This document shows, piece after piece, positions 44,185-58,896 of a DNA stretch of 64,000 bases. The stretch covers positions 12,028,001 to 12,092,000 of the forward strand of contig OZ024754.1 in assembly GCA_964016885.1 (NCBI GenBank), read 5' to 3'. The notes below the pieces were generated by a model. The model saw nothing but the letters and a program-made list of their open reading frames with translations, ran no database searches and was not told where the DNA came from. Source of the DNA: Eledone cirrhosa. Lineage: Eukaryota. The translations under genes and the position numbers were made by a program. Position 1 is the stretch's first letter. Every line of letters starts with the position of its first letter.

Positions 44185-44190
<6 letters not shown>
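43770..44190. mobile_element. Fold-back pLTR element with HHRs (43914-43975 -, 44098-44140 +); partial duplicate at 43198-43382
   Basis: CTGATGA-GGA(t)GTACTG..CAGTAC(c)TCC-GAAA-tatata; arms ~43872-44030 / 44040-44183. Confidence 0.8.
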
Positions 44191-44229
<39 letters not shown>

Positions 44230-44411
44230 AACTCGGGATAAACATATATATAATACACCAGTAAATATGGCCTAGACAAAATGTATCCAACACCCTGCGT
44301 ATATGCTTATATATATATATACATATATATAGGTATTAAAGGTGCAAATTAATTGCGTTCGTAGGCGGTATGCCGTATGAGCACTCGATGTTGTTGGGAA
44401 GCAGAGTATCA

Positions 44412-44570
44412 ATAATTGTTTCTACTTTTGGCACAAGGCCAGCAATCATCCCAGCGCATTACTGGTACTTTATTTTATCGATCCCGTAAGGATGAAAGGC
44501 AAAGTTAACCTCGATGGGATTTGAAATCAGACCGTAAAGGGCCGTAACTCCATGCTGCCAATCCACCGCA
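44412..44570 (-). mobile_element. SINE family 1 with TSD
   Basis: gcagagtatcaataat flanks both sides. Confidence 0.8.
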
Positions 44571-44889
44571 GAGTATCAATAATATCAATATATATGAGAA
44601 CAAAGAATCAATGTTGTATCATATAGACTTTACACCTACTACTCCTTCTTTTCCTTTCCCTCTACTTTTCTCTCTCACTCTCTTTATATCTCTTTCTGCC
44701 CCCCTTTAGTTTCTACCTACTCCTCTTCCTTCACCCTAGGCTACTTACACGTGACCTCAGTCTTCTCTCTCTGTAGCTGGACGTGTCGCTACAACTCAAT
44801 ACCCTCTTTTCATAGGACTAACCTCTAAATTATTTATTTTTCACTTCTCGGCTACTTTTTATTACAACAATATGACCCTCCCCAAGTAT

Positions 44890-44964
<75 letters not shown>

Positions 44965-46600
44965 GCTCTCTCTCAATACATACATACCCACAAGTACATA
45001 TTTAATTATATAGTGTACTTAAGTTTAAATATCTGAAATATATAAACAAGGATAGCACCATCTCTTCAGTTAACTTCTGGAAATCCTAATAGTTTGGGTG
45101 CATTAAGGTTGACACTATTCTATCCAATGCACAAAGAACAGCGGCCAGACACCGTATTTTTATCACTTAGTTTTCAGTTAAAGCACTTTGGTTTGTAACA
45201 CTCTTTTAAAACATTTTCTTGCCTTTATTTGTGTAATTCGTCGAGAGATACACTTTGTCCTATCTTTCCTTGTTTTGTCTTGCCGCTGTTCCGTGTGCAT
45301 TGGATAGAATAGTGACAACATTAATGTACCGAAACTATTAGGATTTCCAGAAGTTAACTGAAGAGGTGGTGTTATCTTTTTTTATATATATGTATTTCAG
45401 ATATTTAAACTTAAGTACACTATATAATTAAATATCTACATATGGGTATGTACATATTTAATTATAGTCCAGAATTAGCCGTCGAAACGGCTTGAGCTCA
45501 GCCGTTGGGGTCCTACTCGTTCCTATATATATATACATTTTTTTTTCTTTTTAGTCCCGAATTAGCCGTCGAAACGGCTTGAGCTCAGCCGTCGGGGTCC
45601 TACTCGTTCCTATTACCCACTCTACTACCCTAAGTATTGAGTACTTTGGTGCGTTATGGTCCACCTGGTTCCTTACCACATTTCCATTTTGAGGATATAT
45701 ATATATCCTCAAAATGCGAACGAACCCGAGATATAATCCTGGTAAGTGTGTACGCATTTCTTCTAACTTTAATTTTATACCTAATTGTGTATGGTTGACG
45801 GTATATTTAGTTGATTTCCACGTGCTGTTGAAATGTTGGGTTAATATTCTATGGCGGTCGGCCGCGAAGAGATTGGTGTCATTTATTTATCTAATATTTC
45901 TTCATAGGTGCCTTTTAATCTTATAGCCTGGTCTAATTGATTTTTTATGTGGTTGATTATGCTAATTGCGAGAGGAAATGGTGTATATATATTATCAAAT
46001 GATTCTTTGGACATACTTTATAGTATATATATATATATATATATATTTATACTTGGGGAGGGTCATATTGTTGTAATAATGTAATAATATATATATATAT
46101 ATATTGTTATACTTGGGGAGGGTCATATTGTTGTAATAATGTAATAATATTCCCAGAAATGATAACGGAACACACTCACTGTTTGGTTGGTTGTTGGCTT
46201 CTGTATCTTTTATATCTGTTAATTTATTTGGCAATCAACGTTTATCATATGAAAAACCTTGCAAAACAAATATATATAAACGCACACGCACACATGCACA
46301 CACACACACATAAGTACACATACATGCACACACATAAATACACATACATGCACACACGTATGCACGCACATAAACACACACACACACACACACACATGAC
46401 ACAAACACATACAGAACCGCACATTAATACACTCACAAAAGCACACACAAAAACATATACACACAAATACTCACACGCACACACTCTCTCTCTCTCTCAC
46501 ACACACACATGCACACACATAAATAGACACACAAAAGCATATACACACAAATACTCACACGCACACTCACATAAACACACACACACATGCACACAAATAA

Positions 46601-46635
<35 letters not shown>

Positions 46636-46680
46636 TAGCTGGAGTGCCTCTCCGTCACCTCTCTAGCTATTGTCACTTAC

Positions 46681-46870
46681 AGGTGGATTGGCAGTATCGG
46701 TAGAAGGTCGGACGCCATGCTTTGACGCATAGAGTTACGGCCCTTGCCATTCTGAGTTCAAATCCCGCCGAGGTTAACTTTGCCTTTCATCCTTACGGGG
46801 TCGATAAAATAAAGTACCAGTAATACACTGGTTAATTGCTGGCCTTGTGCCTAACATAGAAACAATTATT
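46681..46870 (+). mobile_element. SINE family 1, full length
   Basis: ggtggattggcagtatcggtag..gagttcaaatcccgccgagg..gaaacaatt. Confidence 0.85.
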
Positions 46871-47126
46871 TTTCTAACAAATTCTCTATATTTCTTCTAA
46901 TTCATTCTTTCAATTTTTTTTTAATACTTATTTATAGATTTTTTCTATTAATTCTTACCATTTCCTATTTTGCATATACTCAGTAGCATTAGTAATACTA
47001 TATCTGTTGTAGTCGATAATCTGGGGAAAACTCGTTAATAAAACAAAAGTTATTTTGTTTTCTTTCTAATAAACTTATGACCTCCAAGCAAACAACATTA
47101 GCTTCTTTCATCCGTGATGGAGAAAA

Positions 47127-48078
47127 GTGTAAATAATTGTTTCTACTTTAACCACAAGGTCAGCAATTATCCAGTGCATTACTGGTACTTTATTTTATCG
47201 ACCCCGTAAGGATGAAAGGCAAAGTCAACCTCGGCGGGATTTTAACTCAGACTGTAAAGGATCGTAACTACGTTAGAAAGCATGGCGTCCGACCCTCTAC
47301 CGATACTGCCAATCCGTGTAAATAATTGTTTCTACTTTAGGCACAAGGCCAGCAATTACCCAGTGCATTACTGGTACTTTATTTTATCGACCCCGTAAGG
47401 ATGAAAGGCAAAGTCAACCTCGGCGGGATTTGAACTCAGACTGTAAAGGATCGTAACTACGTTAGAAAGCATGGCGTCCGACCCTCTACCGATACTGCCA
47501 ATCCGTGTAAATAATTGTTTCTACTTTAGGCACAAGGCCAGCAATTACCCAGTGCATTACTGGTACTTTATTTTATCGACCCCGTAAGGATGAAAGGCAA
47601 AGTCAACCTCGGCGGGATTTTAACTCAGACTGTAAAGGATCGTAACTACGTTAGAAAGCATGGCGTCCGACCCTCTACCGATACTGCCAATCCGTGTAAA
47701 TAATTGTTTCTACTTTAGGCACAAGGCCAGCAATTACCCAGTGCATTACTGGTACTTTATTTTATCGACCCCGTAAGGATGAAAGGCAAAGTCAACCTCG
47801 GCGGGATTTGAACTCAGACTGTAAAGGATCGTAACTACGTTAGAAAGCATGGCGTCCGACCCTCTACCGATACTGCCAATCCGTGTAAATAATTGTTTCT
47901 ACTTTAGGCACAAGGCCAGCAATTACCCAGTGCATTACTGGTACTTTATTTTATCGACCCCGTAAGGATGAAAGGCAAAGTCAACCTCGGCGGGATTTGA
48001 ACTCAGACTGTAAAGGGACGTAACTATGCTGGAAAGCATGGCGTCCGACCCTCTACCGATACTGCCAATCCACCACCC
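47127..48078 (-). repeat. Tandem array of five SINE family 1 copies, 189-bp period
   Basis: gtgtaaataattgtttctac at 47127, 47316, 47505, 47694, 47883. Confidence 0.95.
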
Positions 48079-49021
48079 TCAATCCGTGTAAATAATAATA
48101 ACCCCATAGGAGGCAAATAATCGGACAGGCTGTACGTCACCTGCTTCTAGTTGAAACTATCAAATTCTTACATTGAATTGGCAGAGTCGTTAGAACATTG
48201 GATAGAATACTTTGTGGTATTAATTTCGGCTTTCTTTTCTCTGAGTTCAAATCTCGCTGAGGTCAACTTTACCTTTCATCCATTCAAGGTCGATAAAAAA
48301 ACAAAACAAAACAAACAAACAAAAAACAACAACAACAAAAAACAACAATCTATCAGTTGAGTACTGGGATCGATTCCACCTCTTTCTCACTCCCAATGCT
48401 TTGATGGGATAAATCTGTGTTCAGACCTGGAGAAGGATGGGCTCCGTCAGATTTAAAATGCCTTAGACACGCCGTATGCTACTACTATTCTGTCAGGAAT
48501 TACGAGGATATCATATATCAAACTGCTGCTCTAGTCGAGAAATTAGATCTAATGAAGGTGCTCTTAGAAATTAACTGACGCCACGAATATTTCACATCTA
48601 AAGGCAACTTATTTAATTTTTCGTTCTTCATAATATCTAGCTCAAAATGATAAACCATAGACTGATTACTTTATTTAATGTAACATCAAACGGTAAAAGG
48701 TTATTGACGAAGGAATTGGACAATATCACGGCTACAGTGATAATTAATCACGTAGCCATTAATAATGTGAATATGAATATTAGGATGGTGGATTAGCAGA
48801 ATTGGTAGAGCGTCGGTATTTATCCTGGTTCTTTGCATTCTTTGAGTTCAAATGCCACCGAAGTTAACTTTGTTTTTCATCCTTCCGGGGTCAACGACAT
48901 AAAGTAGCAGCCAAGTACTGGCGTTGATTTAATCAACTTTGTTCTCCACCCAAATTTACTGGCTTTCAATACGAAAATTTGCCAGCATATCAATCAAATA
49001 AATGGTAAATTTTCTTTTCTC

Positions 49022-49212
49022 AATAATTGTTTCTACTTTAGGCACAAGGCCAGCAATTACCCAGTGCATAACTGGTACTTTATTTTATCGACCCCGTAAG
49101 GATGAAAGGCAAAGTCAACCTCGGCGGGATTTGAACTCAGATCGTAAAGGGACGTAACTATGCTGGAAAGCACGGCGTCCGACCTTCTACCGATACTGCC
49201 AATTCACCGCCC
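49022..49212 (-). mobile_element. SINE family 1, full length with TSD
   Basis: ttttcttttctcaataat on both sides. Confidence 0.9.
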
Positions 49213-49239
49213 TTTTCTTTTCTCAATAATAATAGTTAT

Positions 49240-49500
49240 TAGGAAATTCCCAGCGCCATCATCAAACCATTCATGGTTTTGCAATTAACCAAACCAAGTT
49301 CATCATGATTGTAAAAATTCAACAAATTTCTTTTCTCGATATCTGTACGATGTTGTTTTTGGTTCTTTGGGCTAAGATACCAAATTATCTGATCAGTGTT
49401 CCAATCAGGTGAGCATCTTAGAAAGTCCCAACTTCCGAACAAAATGATCCAGTTGTCCTTGACTTATTTTGGAGCATGAATGAGGAATTTCAAAACACTT
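49240..49500 (-). pseudogene. Possible Tc1/maT transposase C-terminal relic
   Basis: WDF..CSPDWN.D.IIWYL resembles the PxSPDLNPxDxxxW motif; highly degraded. Confidence 0.3.
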
Positions 49501-50373
49501 GTCATCCATTAAAGCTCTCTTATTGAGAACATTCTAAAAATAGACAAACCGAACTAGCCGAACTAACCGAACTAGCCAAACTCATGATTGTTATCGAACC
49601 ATCTTGCTAGGGGTCTACCCTTGGGTCTCCTGCGGGTTGGTTTTGCCCGTAAAATCTGTCCAGTGATTCTTTCCTGAGATATTCTAACCACATGCCCATA
49701 GTATCGGAGGTGGGATCTCTCAGTTTCAGCTCTGTGGCAAAATTATTAAGTATTGTATCTTGATTTTGAAAATATAAAAGCAATGAAGTATAAAATATCT
49801 GGGAGTGACAGAAAACGTTATGAAGTTCTGTTGAAAAGGTTTTCTTTAGAACAGTTTCCAATATATGACAAGTTGCATGAACTTGATTTATTATCAGATG
49901 TTTACAGAAAAGCACTACCATGATTGTTTATGCTGACAACTTGGTCTAATGGAGCATATACTCACTGCATCTACTGAATTAGCAACCTGATAATACAAAA
50001 AAAAAATCTCTAGAAGCCCATGAAGCAGTTCAAAAAAGGGAATCTGAACAAATACCTTAACAATAATTTTCCTCTACAGTAAATCTTTTCAGCGATTAAG
50101 TGGAGGATCATAAGCCTGTTTACAACTTATTCCTATTAGTTGTATTGAATTTGAGAAGGGATACAGCTACACGAGGTTTATAGTGATTTAGGCACAAGGT
50201 CAATAATATTTTAGGGAAGGGGAATATTGATTAAATCGACTCCTGTCCGTTTGGTGTGCACGTGGCCTAGTGGTAAGTTTGTTGGACTTAGGATCATAAT
50301 CTCATGGATACAATTCCTGGGCTAGGTTGTCTGTTTTGTTCTAGGTATATAAATCAATATATATACACACAGG

Positions 50374-50740
50374 GAAGGCGCGTGGCTGAGTGGTTAGAGA
50401 ATTGGACACTCAATCATGAGGTTGTGAGTTCGATTCCCGGATCAGGCGATGCGTTATGTCCTTGGGCAAGTGTCTTGAAACGGATGAGAAAGACGAACGC
50501 AATAATACAATGGATATGTATGTATGTATGCATGTATCTATGATTATAATGTATACATGTTTGTGAAGACCCGTGGCTGAGTGGTTAGAGAATTGGACTC
50601 GCAATTATGAGGTTGTGAGTTCGATTCCCGGACCGGGAAAGACACCTTATTTCACGTTGTTCCTTCTACCTGGAGTTGCGACCAATAGATAGTATTAGCA
50701 ATTGGAAAGACCAATGGAAACATTGTTTCCTCGGTCCGAT
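50374..50740 (+). mobile_element. Two tRNA-derived SINE family 2 heads
   Basis: gtggctgagtggttagag..gagttcgattccc at 50382 and 50573. Confidence 0.8.
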
Positions 50741-51603
50741 TAGATGAGTTCCATCCCTCTCCAATGATGTCTGGGATCTTGTAGATCGAACTCTATGCTA
50801 TGATTTATTAGACAGTCAATGTTCTTCCAATCAAACACACACAAGCACACAGAAGCACACACACACATAGTCGTGCACGCATAATTGTATGACACACAGA
50901 CAGACAGTCAATGTTCTTCCTCTCAAACACACACACACACACACACTGGTGCACGCATAATTATCTCTTACTAATATATTTTAATTACAAATTATCACAG
51001 AACAATATAGCCCTTGGCTTCTTCTCAAACAGGATTCACTTCATATAACAGATTTTTAGATACCAATACACTGCAATAATTGAGAATTTTAATATCATGA
51101 AAACACAACTCCACCTCTCCAAATATCCATACACACCTACACACATACACACATACACACACACACGCACATACACGCACACACATAAATACACACGCAC
51201 ACATAAATACACATATCCAATTTAGAATTTAAATACTAACAAAACACAATTCCGTCCTTCCAAATATCCACATACAGATACACACACACACACACACATA
51301 CACACATAAAAGTTTATAATTTAAATACCAACAATACTAAACTGGTGCTTTTATATCGACCGTGAAAAAATGAAAGGCAAAGATGACTATGGTGGGATTT
51401 GAACTCAAAGTGAAGAGAAACCGGAACGAATACCAAGAAGCATTCTATCCGACTTTCTAACGACTTTGTCAATTCGCCATATATAAGTATACATGTATTT
51501 AAACACACACACATACACACACACACGTATATATGTATGTTATTTTTATCTAAAGACATTTTTACTTTTTACATACACATGTTTACCTTTTACACACACA
51601 CAC

Positions 51604-51687
<84 letters not shown>

Positions 51688-51965
51688 ATATATGTATGTT
51701 ATTTTTATCTAAAGACATTTATACTTTTTACACACACATGTTTACCTTTTACACACACGTATATATGTATGTTATTTTTATCTAAAGACATTTTTACTTT
51801 TTACACACACATGTTTACCTTTTACACACACACACACGTATATATGTATGTTATTTTTATCTAAAGACATTTTTACTTTCCATCGCGCCCGTTCCCTCAA
51901 TCAATCTTATTTCTCATTCTTTCTTCTGATGAAGGACTACCGTCGGAATATATATATATATAGTA

Positions 51966-52145
51966 ATAATTATTTCTACTTTTGTCACAAGGTCAGCAAA
52001 TACCCAGTATATTACTGGTACTTTATTTTATAGACCCCCGTAAGGATGAAAGGCAAAGTTAACCTCGGCGGGATTTGAACTCAGATGCATCTATGGTGGA
52101 AAGCATGGCGTCCGACTCTCTACAGATACTGCCAATTCACCGCCC
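51966..52145 (-). mobile_element. SINE family 1
   Basis: Same core; tatatatagtaataat on both flanks. Confidence 0.8.
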
Positions 52146-52255
52146 TCTTATATATAGTAATAATAAATGAAGACAATATATATTATATATATATATATAT
52201 ATATGTATGTATATATATATTTATATATGTATATATATATATATTTATATATGTA

Positions 52256-52286
<31 letters not shown>

Positions 52287-52373
52287 ATGTATATATATAT
52301 ATATTTATATATGTATATATATATATTTATATATGTATATATATATATTTATATATGTATATATATATATTTA

Positions 52374-52460
<87 letters not shown>

Positions 52461-52483
52461 ATGTATATATATATATATATTTA

Positions 52484-52514
<31 letters not shown>

Positions 52515-52615
52515 ATGTATATATATATATATATTTATATATGTATATATATATATATTTATATATGTATATATATATATATTTATATATGTATATATAT
52601 ATATATATATATTTA

Positions 52616-52672
<57 letters not shown>

Positions 52673-52713
52673 ATGTATATATATATATTTATATATGTAT
52701 ATATATATATTTA

Positions 52714-52752
<39 letters not shown>

Positions 52753-53268
52753 GTATATATATATATATTTATATATGTGTATATATATATATGTATATAT
52801 ATATATATTTATATATGTGTATATATATATATGTATATATATATTTATATATATATATTTATATATGTATATATATATATGTATATATATATTTATATAT
52901 GTATATATATATATGTATATATATATTTATATATGTATATATATATATGTATATATATATTTATATATGTATATATATATATGTATATATATATTTATAT
53001 ATATATATTTATATATGTATATATATATGTATATATATATTTATATATATATATTTATATATGTATATATATATGTATATATATATTTATATATATATAT
53101 TTATATATGTATATATATATGTATATATATATTTATATATGTATATTTATATATGTATATATATGTATATATATATATGTATATATAATGTAGAAGGTGA
53201 GTTTTATTGTAGTACAATAAAGCAATATTATATTTATATATATATATATTTATATATATATATATATA

Positions 53269-53740
53269 TACAATATTAAATAAATGGAAACTATATTTAT
53301 AAAACCATATCTATTTCATTATATATATTTCAGGGATATCATATTAACAATATGCTATGCCTTCCTCAGACAAAATACAATATAAACAGTTTTATAGATA
53401 AATAGATTCGACATACCGTAACAACATCGACTTGTATTTGAAAAGGTTGATTTGGCAGATCTGCCAAATCAACCTTTTCAAATACAAGTCGATGTTGTTA
53501 CGGTATGTCGAATCTATTTATCTATAAAACTGTTTATATTGTATTTTGTCTGAGGAAGGCATAGCATATTGTTAATATGATATCCCTGAAATATATATAA
53601 TGAAATAGATATGGTTTTATAAATATAGTTTCCATTTATTTAATATTGTAAATATACTCCAAATATTTGTCGAGTGCTTTTATATCAGTTATAAATATTT
53701 ACTAGTTGTAACCCAACAATTTAAATATAACTTTCCATAT
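53269..53740 (+). mobile_element. Palindromic pLTR element (191-bp arms, no spacer) with HHR (~53543-53606) and tail
   Basis: Centre ggcagatctgcc at 53459/53460; CTGAGGA..GAAA-tatata; tail has cgagtgctt. Confidence 0.9.
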
Positions 53741-53749
53741 ATATATATA

Positions 53750-53806
<57 letters not shown>

Positions 53807-53995
53807 TATATATATAAATATATATATATATTTCCAATTATTTTTCATTATTTTCCCAATTTGTAGAAAACTTATAATGAAACGATCGTTTGGAAAGAGA
53901 GATGTATTTTAATTACGATCGTTTGGAAAGAGAGATGTATTTTAATTATGTCTCATATAAAATAATACAACTGGCTATCCGCAAAATACATATAC

Positions 53996-54052
<57 letters not shown>

Positions 54053-54053
54053 C

Positions 54054-54107
<54 letters not shown>

Positions 54108-54762
54108 TTGCATGCACACAGACAGACAAGCACACATACGCATATATAATATTTCGGTTGTAGGGCACATTAATTTTGTTTGTAGTGTGACCACATATAG
54201 CACAAAGTTGCGTTAATCAAACCCAGCATGACATTATTTGGAAATGCCTCGATAATCTTGACAAGATGTGCAAAATTTGACACTGCATATAATCACTAAT
54301 GTAATACTTTAGTTGTAATTCAGATTCTGCTGGCGGCATTTCATTTATTATTTATTCTCGACACTTGAGACACGTAAAGAGCTGATCACTGAACTGAACT
54401 AACCACACGGTTTTATCCGCGCGACTTTTAAAACTACAGATTACTGGTCACAATAAAAAGTATGTTAATCTAATTTAGACATCTATCTATGTTGCCAAAC
54501 TGAAGCTTCCTTTGTATCTATCGACCTGCAAAATTCCAGACAGGATTCAGTGAGAAAATGTTTGTGAATAGAACACCAACTGATGGCTCAAATGGCTTAA
54601 AAACTTACGATTAATCGATGGCTCCGACAAAAGTCATAGGTGCCGCGCTACTTTCTCTGACTAAGTCATAAATAAATTATTTAAAAACCAGAATTTTTGA
54701 AATTCTTAACGTTTAATTCTTTCTGGAGAAGAAGAAGAAGAAGAAGAAGAAGAAGAAGAAGA

Positions 54763-55498
54763 GACGTTATTTAGCTCTATGTCAACTCTCATAGAACAGA
54801 CGTTGTTGTATGTTGTTAGTCAGCTCTGTCATCTCTCATAGAACAGACGTTGTTGTAATGTTGTTAGTCAGCTCTGTCATCTCTCATAGAACAGATGGTG
54901 TTGTGTGTTGTTAGTCAGCTCTATGTCATCTCTCATAGAACAGACGTTGTTGTGTGTTGTTAGTCAACTCTATGTCAACTCTGATAGAACAGACGTTGTT
55001 GTGTGTTGTTAGTCAGCTCTATGTCAACTCTGATAGAACAGACATTGTGTGTTGTTAGTCAGCTCTATGTCAACTCTGATAGAACAGACATTGTGTGTTG
55101 TTAGTCAGCTCTATGTCAACTCTGATAGAACAGACATTGTGTGTTGTTAGTCAGCTCTATGTCATCTTTGATAAAACAGACATTGTGTGTTGTTAGTCAG
55201 CTCTATGTCAACTCTGATAGAACAGACGTTGTTGTGTGTTGTTAGTCAGCTCTATGTCAACTCTGATAGAACAGACATTGTGTGTTGTTAGTCAGCTCTA
55301 TGTTAACTCTGATAGAACAGACATTGTGTGTTGTTAGTCAGCTCTATGTCATCTTTGATAAAACAGACATTGTGTGTTGTTAGTCAGCTCTATGTCATCT
55401 TTGATAAAACAGACATTGTGTGTTGTTAGTCAGCTCTATGTCAACTCTGATAGAACAGACGTTGTTGTGTGTTGTTAGTCAGCTCTATGTCAACTCTA
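54763..55498. repeat. 45-48-bp minisatellite, ~16 copies
   Basis: gttgttagtcagctctatgtcaactctgatagaacagac unit. Confidence 0.95.
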
Positions 55499-56558
55499 AG
55501 CTCAGAATTTTTCAATATACTATACGTATGTATGTGGGAGAGATGACCCCTTAGCCTTTGTCAAGGCAGAATTCTAGGAGAAGGAAAACTCTGATATAAC
55601 ACCTGCAACCCTGATGGTATCCAATGATGTTGACTTGTTCTTCTTTTTGGTAAATATCATCTTGGTTAAGAGAGTGGGACTGGCTTTGTGCTCACTATAA
55701 AAGCTTCACGGCACAGGCATTGCTTTATATCTGGAGATCTCTCTGCACTTGTCGTCACAATGTACCATGGGCCCAGCACTATGTGTCAATAATTGTCACA
55801 AGTGTAGTGTTTGTACCAGAGTTTTCAAGTCGCTGACTGGACTAAAAAGTCACACTCGTTCAGCGCATCGGTAGGGGTTCTCCTACATGGATATAAAGTA
55901 GTGGCCGTACTCGAAAACGAGTTGGCAGCCACTATGTATGTATGTATGTATGTATGTATGTATGTATGTATGTATGTATGTATGTATGTATGTATGTATG
56001 TATGTATGTACATACATACATAAACACACACACATATATATAATATAACGATCATGTGATCTCCCCCCTCTCTCTATATATATTTATATATATAAAATTG
56101 GGAAAATTAACAAAGAGAAGACAACGAAGAAAAACAAGGCAGAAGGAAAAAACATTTTTTTAAAGGGGAAACCATGAAAATATAAAAAAAAATAAAATAA
56201 AAATACAAAATGTTTTTTTTTTCATTTTCAGCAAGACGTATTCGATCACAATCTTTGAAAACAAGATCATCTTTCACAAAATGGCAGCATCAACAGTTTT
56301 CCGAGAGATGGCAACGTGAATAGACCTGTTTGCTATTTAATTTTTTGTTTGTTTTTGCCACTGCCCGTCTCCTCAATATTTCTGTTTCTTCTTTAATTTC
56401 TCATTCTATTTTCATACACACAAACTTCCATACATGCAATATATATATATATATTATTATTATTAGAAATTTAAGCTATCACCGTATTTTGACTAAAGAA
56501 ATTATTTAGCCTGATAGTAGGGTTAAGAACCCTCGGAGAAATGGAAAAAGATGAGTAT

Positions 56559-56632
56559 TGACGTATATGGGAGTCGAACCCACATCTTTGGTTATCCGGA
56601 CCACTGTGTTACCATTTACACCAACACATATC
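56559..56632 (-). other. tRNA-like cloverleaf (pseudo-tRNA) inside an inverted repeat (56460-56527 / 56673-56750)
   Basis: D arm GTGT-aaatggta-ACAC, TGGT-ccggata-ACCA, T arm GTGGG-TTCGACT-CCCAT; imperfect acceptor stem, C at position 33. Confidence 0.6.
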
Positions 56633-56802
56633 CGTCTTTTTCCATTCAAATTAGAAACTATAAACTTAGCGACTTAACCCCACAATCAGGCTAAATAATT
56701 TCTTTAATTTCTTTAGTCAAAATACAGCGATAGCTTACATTTCTAATAATTTCAAACCCACTCGCTGTTTCGAATATATCCTGTTATTTTCATAAATATA
56801 TA

Positions 56803-57765
56803 TATATTAATAAAGTTAGTCCTTCATCAGTAACCAGGTTTGATGGTCTTTATTCTCTCTCGTTCACAATTTCACCGAACTTATATTCATGGAAATTTGG
56901 GACTTGACTCGTTCTTCCTCACTTTTCGTTGCTTCACCATCTTTGTTTGTTTACACTCTCGTGTCCCCTTTATTTACGTGTCCCAACGACTTTTTTTAGC
57001 CGTTGCTCGCACCAACTGGAGGTATATGGTCTTTAAAGCGATGAAATACCAATGATGGTTGGAAAATCACTGATGAAGGACTAACTTTATTAATATGTAA
57101 CCCATTAGCAACCACGCAGCACGTTTATTCTCATATTTACACATATTTTTTCCCCCGCTGCGACCCGTCTATTTCGTTCTTACTGCTTCCTTTTTCTCTG
57201 TATCTTTACCCTCTCTAACAATCACTCTCTCTGTTAGCCCCTTCCTCACCCTTCACTTACTCACTCTCTGTTACTACTTCTCCCCCTCCTCCTTCTTCCC
57301 GTTTGACCTGTGCGTAATTCTTTTCTTTCGCACTCTTGGTCAGGCTGGTTCACTTTTTTTCTCTCTCTCGTCTACGATTTCACAGAACTTATGTTCACCG
57401 AAATCACAGACTAGATTCCTTCTTCCACCCGTTAGACCTGTACGGAATTCCTTCCTTGCTCACATTCCAACCAGGTTTGATGGTCTTTATTCTCTCTCAT
57501 TCACGATTTCACCGAACTTATATTCATGGAAATTTGGGACTTGACTCGTTCTTCCTCACTTTTCGTTGCTTCACCATCTTTGTTTGTTTACACTCTCGTG
57601 TCCCCTTTATTTACGTGTCCCAACGACTTTTTTTAGCCGTTGCTCGCACCAACCGGAGGTATATGGTCTTTAAAGCGATGAAATACCAATGATGGTTGGA
57701 AGATCACTGATGAAGGACTAACTTTATTAATATGTAACCCATTAGCAACCACGCAGCACGTTTAT

Positions 57766-57772
<7 letters not shown>
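56803..57772 (+). mobile_element. Partial tandem pLTR-like repeat with short 5' inversion
   Basis: 56833-57137 duplicated at 57471-57772; 56803-56831 is the inverse of actgatgaaggactaactttattaatat. Confidence 0.75.
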
Positions 57773-57820
<48 letters not shown>

Positions 57821-58129
57821 GTAACACAACAGTTTAGTTTACCATACCGAGAACAATTGTTTCACCTTATGCATAAGGTAAAACAATTGTTCTCGGTATG
57901 GTGAACTAACTGTTGTGCTACTAATTGTACCAAACTCGTCCCAAGGACTGAGTGCTCTACCTCTACGGATATTACCTTCCAGTGTTCTCTCTCTCTCTCT
58001 CTTTCTCTTCTCTTCTCTTCTCTCTCCCTCCCCCTCTCTCTCTCCCTCTCTCTCTCTCTCCCCCTCTCTCTCTCTCTCTCTCTCCCTCTCTCTATATCGT
58101 AGCTCAGATGTCGGGTCCTGACTCTTTTC

Positions 58130-58178
<49 letters not shown>

Positions 58179-58305
58179 ATGGATATGTATATATATATAT
58201 GTATGTATATATTCATATGTACATATATATATGTATGTATATATATGTATATATATATATATGTATGCATATATATGTATGTATATATGTGTATATATAT
58301 GTATG

Positions 58306-58338
<33 letters not shown>

Positions 58339-58511
58339 ATGTATATATATATATATGTATGTATATGTATATATATGTATATATATATGTGTGTGTGTAT
58401 ATGTGTATATTTATGTGTATATGTATATATATGTGTATATATATATATGTACATACATATGTATATATATATGTGTGTGTGTATATGTGTATATTTATAT
58501 GTGTATATGTA

Positions 58512-58582
<71 letters not shown>

Positions 58583-58852
58583 GCATATATTTGCAAATAT
58601 AGGTACTCCAGCAAACACACACACACACACACACGTATATATATATGTGTGTGTGTGTGTATTCACACCTATTCATAGAGTAGTTATACAAGAGAAAGTA
58701 CCAGTAATAGTCGTGTGAGAGAAAGATAATAAATGTAAACATATTACTTTATATATTGGGTGAGATAGAACTGACGGTTCCTACTGTCTTTAACGGAGGT
58801 ATACACACACACATACACACACACACACACGCATACACACACACACACACAG

Positions 58853-58896
<44 letters not shown>

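Noticed and set aside
56559-56632. Functional tRNA-Ser(GGA) gene
   Set aside because: C33 instead of U33, pyrimidine at 37, short variable loop and weak acceptor stem; kept only as tRNA-like.
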